64,000 nucleotides of DNA from the human T2T-CHM13v2.0 reference genome, Homo sapiens: the NCBI RefSeq assembly GCF_009914755.1, contig NC_060942.1; one strand, 5' to 3'. Position numbers and translations under genes: made by a program. Under the pieces are notes generated by a model. That model made no database searches, was not told the origin of the DNA, and worked only from the letters and a program-made list of their open reading frames with translations. How positions within the stretch are numbered: the first letter of the stretch is position 1; every line of letters begins with the position of its first letter. Positions 54,338-64,000 of the stretch are shown piece after piece.

Positions 54338-54813
54338 GTGGTTCATAAAATGTGCCATGACTTTTTTGGTACTCTTCCACCTCAATCTTTTTGAAAATTG
54401 CTGCCTTGAACTCCTAACCTTCCCTACAATTACAAGGACATGGTATATTCTAATATGAGGTGGACCAAATATTTATTATTCAGAATAAAATTACATTGCA
54501 AGTTAATAATCTCTTACATTTCAAAATCTTCAGCTGGCAGACCACATCTTCCTAAGCAGACATTTCCAAAAGGGTATCTTACTCATCTTTGTCGAGCTAG
54601 GGTTTGATTGTCAGAGTATGAGAGCACATCCAGGAGAAAGAGCTGGCTGCCTTAACATTTTAAAGATGTCTCCTCTGCTTTAACAAAATTATGACAACTA
54701 GATTGCATTTTCTTGGCTCCATTTTTCAGATAGCAACATCTTGTATTAATAAGCACACTGGCATGGTGATCATTTGCTGCTGTGTTCTAATTTATGATGA
54801 TTAATGTTGACAG

Positions 54814-54958
54814 GAGGAAGGAAGAGTCAGACAAAAATTATTTTGAAGGTACGGGCTATGCTCGAGTTCCAACTCAACCACATGCTCCCATCCCAACCTT
54901 TGGACAGACAATTCAGACCACCGTGGATAGAGGCTTGCTGTTCTTTGCAGAAAACGGG
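54814..54958 (+). CDS. LAMA3: Exon A23 (start of LG2): RKEESDKNYFEGTGYARVPTQPHAPIPTFGQTIQTTVDRGLLFFAENG
   Basis: tgacag|G acceptor, GGG|gtaatc donor, 145 nt, phase 2-0; YF.G.GYA and GLLF motifs. Confidence 0.97.
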
Positions 54959-55128
54959 GTAATCTATAACAAGCATCCAGATACAACCAAATATATTCAT
55001 TCTGTTTAGCAATTTGGAGATAACTGGGTTGTTATAAATGACCCACTAGATCTGGAAAACAATGTGTAAATGTTACCTGCATCCTTTTCCTCCACCCAGT
55101 TGTACTTTCTGTTGGCTGGGAAATGTAC

Positions 55129-56515
55129 TTTTTTTTTTTTTTTAACATTTTTGGTTTCAGGGGTGCAGGTGCAGGTTTGTTATATAGGTAAATCGCATGT
55201 CACAGGGGTTTGGTGCACAGATTATTTTATCACCCAGGTAATAAATGTAGTACTCAATAGGTAATTTTTCTGTCCTTAAAAATACTTCCACCCTCAAGTA
55301 GGCCCCAGGGTCTGTTGTTCCCTTCTTTGCGTCCATGTGTACTCAATGTTTAACTCTCACTTATAAGTGAGAACGTGTGGTATTTGGTTTTCTGTTCCTA
55401 CGTTCGTTTGTTTAGGATTATGGCCTCCAGCTTCATCCATGTTGCTGCAAAGGACATGATCTCGTTCTTTTTTATGGCTGTGTAGTATTCCATGGTGTAT
55501 ATGTACCTCATTTTCTTTATCCAGTTTACCATTTATGGGCATTTAGGTTGACTCCATGTCTTTGCCGTTGTGAATAGTGATGCAAGGAACATTGGCGTGC
55601 ATTTGTCTTTATGGTAGAACGATTTATATTCCTTTGGGTGTATACCCAATAATGGGATTGCTGGATCAAATGGTAGTTTTAAGTTATTTGAGAAATAGAC
55701 AAACTGCTTTCCACAGTGATTGAACTAATTTACATTCCCGCCAGCAGTGTACAATCATTCCCTTTTTTCCACTTTCAACCTCACCAGCATCTATTATTTT
55801 TTGACTTTTTCATAATTCCCTTTTTGACCAGTATGAGATGGTATCTCATTGTTTTGATTTGCATTTCTCTAATCATTAGTGATATTGAGCATTTTTTCAT
55901 ATGCTTGCTGGCAGCATATATGTCTTCTGAAAAGTCTGTGTCCTTTGTCCATTTTTAATGGGGTTGTTTGGTTTTTGCTTGTTAATTATTTAAGTTCTGA
56001 TAGATTCTGGATATTAGACCTTTTTCACATGCATAGTTTGTAAATATTTTCTTCCATTCTGTGGGTTGTCTGTTTACTCTGTTGATAGTTTACTCTGTTG
56101 ATAGTTTCTTTCATTGTGCAGAAGCTCTTTAATTAGGTTCTATTTGTCAATTTTTGTTTTTGTTGCAATTGCTTTTGGGGTCTTTATCATGAAATCTTTG
56201 CAAAGGCCTATTTCTATAATGGTATTTCTAGGCATTTCTATGTCTAGAATAGGTTTTCTTCAAGGGTTTTTTTTTATAGTTTTAGGTTTTACATTTAAGT
56301 TTTTAATTAGTCTTGAGTTGATTTTTGCATATGGTGAAAGGAAGGGGTCCAGTTTCAGTCTTGTGCATATGACTAGCCAGTTATCCCAGCATCACTTATT
56401 GAATAGGGAGTCCTTTCCCCATTGCTTGTTTTTGTTGACTTTGTCGAAGATCAGATGGTTGTAGGCGTGTGGCTTTATCTCTGGGCTCTCTATTCTGTTC
56501 CATTGATGTCTATTT
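55129..56515 (-). mobile_element. L1PA (older primate, about L1PA13-16) 3' end, about 1.4 kb
   Basis: Antisense L1 3' UTR and ORF2 end (cacttataagtgagaac, aaggaaggggtccagtttcagtctt). Confidence 0.92.
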
Positions 56516-56879
56516 TAATGAGGGCAAATAATCAGGAATTTGAGAACATGCCCCCCAAAATGTGGGAGAAATCTCCCCTTTTCCTGTTCTATTCTCATTA
56601 TCAGTTTTGTTATTTGAGAACCACTGCTTGCCTAAGAATCTACTTATTCTGACCCAAAACATGTGAAAACTTCCTGGGATCTCTAAGATCTAGACTGACT
56701 TCCTGCTGTTTCTGTCTTGATCTGATTCTTACCAGGCTGTGTGGGATTGTGTCTTTATCAGCATGTTTGCCTTCTCAAGACACTGAAGCTTCTCTGTTTT
56801 CAAGTAGCTGAGATTCCTAGGGACCCTCTAAAATCTATTAGGTTAGAAAAGTCCAAAGTGACACTCTACAAGTGATCGT

Positions 56880-56898
56880 CAGCGCCATCTGCTGGTTG
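56880..56898 (-). promoter_or_regulatory. Candidate CTCF binding site
   Basis: The reverse complement CAACCAGCAGATGGCGCTG matches the core CCASYAGRKGGCRS at every position; CpGs are retained nearby. Confidence 0.65.
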
Positions 56899-57639
56899 AT
56901 GGAGAGTTGGCGTGATGTTTGCTGCTTTATACCTATAGCCGGCCTGGAGTTGAACCCTCCGGTGAATAGGAGCTTCTGTAGTTGCTCTCACGGAGTATTT
57001 CTGAAGAAATGTGGATGAGCCCAAAGGCTTTCTGGTGGTCCGAGAACATGGGATTGATAAGGAGCTTGGGATTTTACCAGAGTCTTCTACCGCAGGGTGG
57101 TGACACTGACCCGGTCCAACTCTCCTCTCTGGGGTTGGTCTGGACCCTTCAGGAGATTCCAAGGCTGGACCAGTTCTGATGGTTTGGGAAGGTCCCAGCC
57201 AGCCTGAAGGATACATAGAGCAGAGAAGTCATCCAGCATCTTCAGGACACGGCAGTTGTTTTACAAAACAAGGTCTTCTTTGTATATAATTTGAAGTTCT
57301 TGGAGACTAAGAACCAGAAATACTACTCATATAATAAGAAAACTTAACATAATACCATTACATAAGAAATGACCTAGAGATCTGCTTTAAGTAGGATGGC
57401 TCATGACTCTCAGTAAATTGGTGTAACTCTGTTGTTTATGGTTTGATCAACCTAAGCTGACTCCCAAAGGCAAGGTTTAGGATCCAGATAAGGACTGATT
57501 TTCCTCTTAGAAAAGAACTCGGTCCCTGGACCTCAAAGAGAGGCATTCTTATCATTAAGGAACTGTGTAAAAGCAAAGCCTTCAAGCCCTAAGTCAGAAA
57601 TTGCTCAGCTTATCTTAGGGAAGTAGCTGATTCAAGTAT

Positions 57640-58800
57640 ATGTTTCACACCGTAATGGAGATGCAATAATGACAAAGACAGATATGGCTCCCGCCCTCCG
57701 GGATTTTATAATCTAGAGGGGAAGAATATGCAAAGGAATGCTGTTAATAGGTTGTTTATTTCATCACAACTGTGAAGAGCTGTATCAAGGAAAAGTTTGG
57801 GGGTGAAATGAGGATGTACAACATAAAAGACACTTGAGCAAAGGAAATGCTTCCTCTGAGATCAGGAGGACAGCATTTGAACAGGACATGGGGACAGGCA
57901 AGACGGGGGATCCAGGCAGAGGGAGAGGCATGAAGAAGGCCTGGAGGTGGGAAGGGCAGGGAGCACTCAGTGGAACAGTGGCTGAGGGGCTGGAGAGCCA
58001 GAGGCAGTGCTGAGAGAGAGGCAGATGCCACGCAGCATCTGGTAGGGGTCAGGGCTTCATCCTGACAGCCGAGGAGAGTCACAGGCTCCCACTGGCATTT
58101 TCAAAGACTGCTCTGGCTGTAGGGGGGAATGGACTTTCGGGGGTACATGGGGAGACCGGCGGGTTGTTGCTGCAGGGACTGGCTAAAAATGTTGTGGCTG
58201 AGACTAGGTGGGATGACATAAAGAGAGAGCTAAGAATGGCAGAATTTACAAGATTATGTTGGATGGGAGAGAAGGAAGGATCAAGAATGATTCCTAGGTT
58301 ATGATAAAGGGATGAGAAAGAAAAAAAATGACTCCTAGGTTTGTGGCTTGCTCAGCAATAAGGGAAAGGTAAGCATGGTGATGTATGTGTGTGCCCTGCA
58401 CACGTGCATGCAGGGGGCAGGCTGGGAGTCAGGGAGCGCATGCACCTGGTATAATGGAAGAAGAGGCAGGCTTGGCAGCCTGTAGGAGGCATGTAGGTCA
58501 TACGTTCTGTGTGAGATATTCTGAATTTGAGGTCTCTGTGAGTCATGCAAGCAAAGCAATAACAACAAGGGAATCACGTGTGCAGACTTGGCCCTGAAGA
58601 CAGGTCTAGGCTGGGGAGAACAATTTGGGGCCCATCAGTACACCTGGATTGGAGCTACAGGAGAGCCTGTGATTGTCAAGGCAAAGGGAGTGGTGTGGGG
58701 AGGAAGGAGTCCTGTGTAGGATCCCCAAGGAACCCCCAACACTGACATGGAAGGTAGAAGGGGATAAACCAACAAATGAGACAGAGACATAAGAATCAGT
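57640..58800 (-). mobile_element. L2 fragments
   Basis: cattttcaaagactgctctggctg and ggatcaagaatgattcctaggtt are L2-type motifs. Confidence 0.6.
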
Positions 58801-59196
58801 CAGAAAACAGATGGTGGAAGGTATCTGAGGTCTGCATAAGACCTCGCCTCTCTCTAAAAGGCACTCATATTTTCAAATAATATTAATGATCTGTATCTTT
58901 TCGGTCTCCATCTTTATACACCAGTTATGGATCGCATGAAACAAAATCATGATCATAGCTAGCATTTATTGTGTCTGTCCTGTGGGCCAACCACTGTGCG
59001 TGACATTTAACGTGACTTACAGTATTGAACCATCATCCCATCCCGTGAGGTTGCTGTTGCAGCACCATTATCCCTTTTCACTGAGGCAGCAGCTGAAGCT
59101 GAGAGCAGGGGGGTCTGTGAGAGTAACGGGAGTTCCAGTGCTCTGCCTCTTCTTCAGCCAAGCCTTCTGGTCATCTGCATTGTTCCTCTGTCCTAG

Positions 59197-59316
59197 GATC
59201 GCTTCATATCTCTAAATATAGAAGATGGCAAGCTCATGGTGAGATACAAACTGAATTCAGAGCTACCAAAAGAGAGAGGAGTTGGAGACGCCATAAACAA
59301 CGGCAGAGACCATTCG
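59197..59316 (+). CDS. LAMA3: Exon A24 (LG2): DRFISLNIEDGKLMVRYKLNSELPKERGVGDAINNGRDHS
   Basis: tcctag|GAT acceptor, TCG|gtacac donor, 120 nt. Confidence 0.96.
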
Positions 59317-59713
59317 GTACACCTTTTGAGTCTGTTTACTTGAATCGTTAAATGTCCTTAGTCCTTTAAAATTAAGTCAGTGCCCCCAAATAAATAAATA
59401 AAACTTCCTATTACCAGATAAACTTATGGATGTTAACTGAGGGATATATCCTTTTAAAATTTGCACATTTCGGCATGAAATGTATAACATATACATGATA
59501 TCTATAAAACACGGTTAACTTCAAATACAAACATTTCTATCAAAATGTTTTAGTATCATATTTTTATCCAAAAATGCTACTGCTCAGAGCCTTCCTACTA
59601 TGTATATAAATGAATCTGGGGGAAGATAAATAAAAACATGATAGTTCTGAACCCCTGTGAATAGGATTCTCTTATTTTCGCTGGCTTGCTGATTCATCTC
59701 TCATTTATTTCAG

Positions 59714-59847
59714 ATTCAGATCAAAATTGGAAAACTCCAAAAGCGTATGTGGATAAATGTGGACGTTCAAAACACTATAATTGATGGTGAAGTATTTGAT
59801 TTCAGCACATATTATCTGGGAGGAATTCCAATTGCAATCAGGGAAAG
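59714..59847 (+). CDS. LAMA3: Exon A25 (LG2): IQIKIGKLQKRMWINVDVQNTIIDGEVFDFSTYYLGGIPIAIRE(R); gene continues beyond the window
   Basis: tttcag|ATT acceptor, AG|gtaaga donor, 134 nt; YYLGGIP motif. Confidence 0.96.
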
Positions 59848-61077
59848 GTAAGATGATTTTTTTAAAACGAGATTTAAAGCCTTTGTTAGTGGTTATGATT
59901 GTGACCAAAAAAAATCTGGTCTGCCATTTTTAATTCCACCAACAAACAAACACAAAAAGTTAACTTTTCCATATTAACAGTATAGTCAACAGAATAAAAC
60001 AGATTTAAATCCCGAATAATGAGACTGGGCAGTGGAAAGAAGGAGGGTGGGGGAATGTGTGTCACCGCCATTGTCATTCTCGGGAGGGGAGGGACCACGA
60101 AGGGTATAGTTGGGTTAACAATGCTGGCAGCAAGTAGAACAGAGGCTGTGGCCCTGGGCCCTTGAAGGCTGCATAGGAGAGCGTGGGCCTCCCAAGGCCT
60201 GACAGACATCCCTGGGGAACTGAAAGCTGAGGTTGCCACCTTCAGGGAGCCTCTGGAAGAATGTGAAACAGTATGTCTCCTTCACTTCGGCATCAGCTGC
60301 TCCTTACATGCTATCGAGCGTGGAATTGTTACGTAACTGTTTCTTGGATGAGTGAACACATAAATTAATTAATGTGAAAGGCAGTAAAGCTTTATCTGAA
60401 TGGGAAAAATCCCACCATTTTGGAATGCACGTAAAAATAACTTTTACATTTTGATCATTTGTATCCTCCCGGAAGGCTTTTAGATAGCTGACGATAGTGT
60501 GTGGACAGAACATATCCTGGAAGGATTAGTGCAGCCTCATGACTAAGTAAGAGTGCTCCCAGAAGGTTAGGTTATGATGACTTTTATATGAGATCTGAAG
60601 CTAGTTAACTCTTTTGCTAACTTATACATCAGTTGGAAGGAACTAGAATATGATTTATAAGGTGTCATGCCAAGGTATTCTTTCTTCTAGAGTCCTTATA
60701 CATGTGGGCATCTGTCCATTCTACGTAGTCAGGTACTAATCTTTGTTTTAAAGTTGTCAGGGTTGCCTCCAAAGGCAAAAATGCAAATGGGAAAGCTGGG
60801 CACTTCAACAGAACCTGGGGGTGACATCTTTACTCCCTGGGCTCTGGAAGGAGCCTTGCAGATCATGGTATGTAGCCCCTGAGTTTTACAAATGAAGAAA
60901 TTCAGAGCCAGTGAGATTATATTAATATTTAATATTATCAATATCAAATAGCAATTCAGCCATGAATAGCCAGTTATGAATTGTCAGTAAGATTGATTTT
61001 ATTTCCATGAAATGGAATAAAATAAAATCGTTTAAGGTAGTTTTTTCGAGTACTTTTGAGTATGTTTGAGAGTTGCC

Positions 61078-61980
61078 ACTTATTCATTCATTACACAGGA
61101 TTTATTGAGTGCCTAATGGGCATCAGGCAGAGTGACAGGTGCCAAGAAGGCAACAATGAGCAGGGTGGAGCCTGGAGAAGAACAGAAGAGAGACAGTCAC
61201 TACAGGAGAACATGACGTGTGCCATAGGAGGAAGCTCAGGGTGCTGACAGAGCCCAGGAGGGAACCTAATCCAACTGGGGCCATCAGGAAAGTGACCTCC
61301 AGCTGGGACCTGAGAGATGCTAGCAGTCAGTGTATGTGAAGCACCAAAGCTGGATAGAGAAAGCATGAACTTGCAAAGAGCTAGAGTACAGCAGGAAGTG
61401 GGATAGGGATGCCCCATGGGGCTGATGTGGGCAGCAGGGGCCTGATCACAGAGTACCTTGAAAGTCACAGTAAGGAGCCATTGGAGGGACTTCAGCAGAG
61501 AAAGGCCATGACCAAATTTGGGTTTTCAGTAGCTCACTCTAGTGCAGGGCAGAGACTGGATTAGAGAAGAAAAGGGCAGAGGCAGGTAGAGTGGCTGGAG
61601 GCCGAGTATATTAACAGAGGTGAGTGATGAGGGTGACCTGGCCCAAGGAGTGGTTATGCAGGTGAGCAACAGGGATCAGATTCCAAATATATTTAGGATG
61701 GTGAATGGGCAGCACTGCACAATGGCTTGGGTTGGGGAATAAAGGGGAAAAGCAGTCAAGAATGATGCCTGGTTTTTGGCTAAGCCCTTGGCAGATGGAA
61801 CACACCAACGGAGGAGTGGGGTGAGAAGTTAAGTCTGAGACAGGCTTAGTCCAGGAGCCTGAGACACAGCCAGGTGGAGAGGCCCACAAGCAGGCGCACA
61901 AAATGGCCTGGGCCTCCAGAAAGGAGGCCAGTCTGGAGAAGGGTAAATGAAGCTCAGGGCCAGGTAGTCATTGAGGTGGT
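61078..61980 (-). mobile_element. L2 fragment
   Basis: ttattcattcat..tttattgagtgccta L2 3' end; gtcaagaatgatgcctggtttttggctaag. Confidence 0.7.
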
Positions 61981-62278
61981 AGAGGCCAGTGGGCTTACCC
62001 AGAGCCAGGAGGAATTCTCAAGTTGAGGCAATAAGGAACCCATTGGTGGTGGTTTGTGTTTGCATGATATTAACACAAGGCCCCTAGACAGTGATGTGGA
62101 TGCCAGTCAGTCCAGGTTTTCTAGAAAAGAGCAGTAGGTAGAACCACAAAAGAGGTGGCTTTAGTTTTGGCTCAGCAAAACTTTAGGTTAATTCAGCACT
62201 CAACCTTTATTTGCCTTTTCATCTCCATCCATTAAAGAAATATATAGATATAGAGATGCATATACATAGAGAATTTGC

Positions 62279-63103
<825 letters not shown>

Positions 63104-64000
63104 TATATTTTGACTTTTTATTAAAATCACTGGAACATGGAAAATGCAGGAGATAGAGGCCAGTCAAAAGATTTCACTGGCCCTTCACTCCCTCTAAAGC
63201 AAAATTCTAAGGAATAGTCAGCTGTTCTGGGTGTTGCCTCATCCCTGTGGTGAAGTCTTTGGTGGCCCAGAGATTCCTGAAACTGCCATTGGGCATGAGT
63301 CACTGGGAGGTGGGGTGGGCACAGAGGAGTTCCATGGATAATCCACAGCCAAGCTCTGTAGGGGCAACCAGCCAACGCTTCCAGAGCAGGGAGGTGTTCT
63401 GGTCCCTGGCATAAATGGAGGGACCTTTTAGACAAAGTTCTCAAACCTAACCTGGAGCAAGGCAAGCAAGTGTAATCACTAAATCAGCTTTGCTCAAGGG
63501 ATTTTGTGCACGTTTTGTTTCTTCCCCCTCTCACTGTAGTGTTTCTTCTGGGAATGGGGATCCAGATCTTGGAATGGCTTGTTTCCGATTATAATCAGAA
63601 ATCATTCTGTTAATCCCATCTCCTACCCAGGAGAAGAGCAAATCATCCCTGGTAATGCCAGAGGGTGTGACACCAACAAGGGCATTTTTCTTGAGGACCT
63701 ACACCATTGTTTACAGAGTGTGATTATACACACTAAAATGAAAATGATCCAAAAAGTAGATCTATTGAACATCGACTAAGTACCCAACACCAAGATTAGG
63801 GCTGCCTTTTGTTCTTTTTGCTCTCTGAAGTCGGCCTGCAACAGCCATGGAGCTGGCTAAGCTTTTGTGGACAGATTGGCCCAAAGTATACATAAATACC
63901 CCAACGCAGGAACCCACCAACACAACAACTCATGCCCCAGTGCAATCACATTCCTCTAGCAAGTATGTTCAGACCCTGTATCCTGGAGTAAATGTAGAAC

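Noticed and set aside
56074-56108. 16-bp local duplication (tttactctgttgatag x2)
   Set aside because: This is slippage inside a dead L1 with no evident consequence.
56114-56464. Hydrophobic 116-aa ORF resembling a membrane protein
   Set aside because: It is an antisense reading of the L1 ORF2 end.
56866-57216. 116-aa minus-strand ORF over the CpG-retaining island
   Set aside because: It has no recognisable domain, poly-A tail or TSD to indicate a gene or processed pseudogene; a regulatory explanation is simpler.

Overview
This window is human (primate) genomic DNA from the middle of the laminin alpha-3 gene, LAMA3, on the + strand. I assembled 29 coding exons by hand. All have GT-AG boundaries and consistent phases. 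They comprise four exons specific to the long LAMA3B isoform (L4/laminin IV domain, the first one partial), the internal promoter and alternative first exon of the short epithelial LAMA3A isoform (11313-11483), and 24 shared exons encoding LE/EGF-like repeats, the coiled coil, LG1 and most of LG2. The gene runs off both ends of the window. The spliced LAMA3A frame is open for 3350 nt, with no stop or frameshift. Introns contain many Alu, L1, L2, L3/CR1, MIR, MaLR/ERV LTR and Tigger/MADE1 elements and microsatellites; most entries in the ORF track are artefacts of these. I see no evidence of a new multi-gene system. The most interesting leads are: a clustered AP-1/E-box internal promoter; a perfect in-frame Kozak ATG (Met227); a 51-nt in-frame exon carrying the proteolytic hinge next to a MADE1 hairpin; a candidate intronic polyadenylation site that could yield a short-arm-only product; a consensus CTCF site; a perfect 40-bp tandem duplication; and closely spaced inverted Alus. 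Repeat subfamily names come from recognition by eye and repeat boundaries are approximate.
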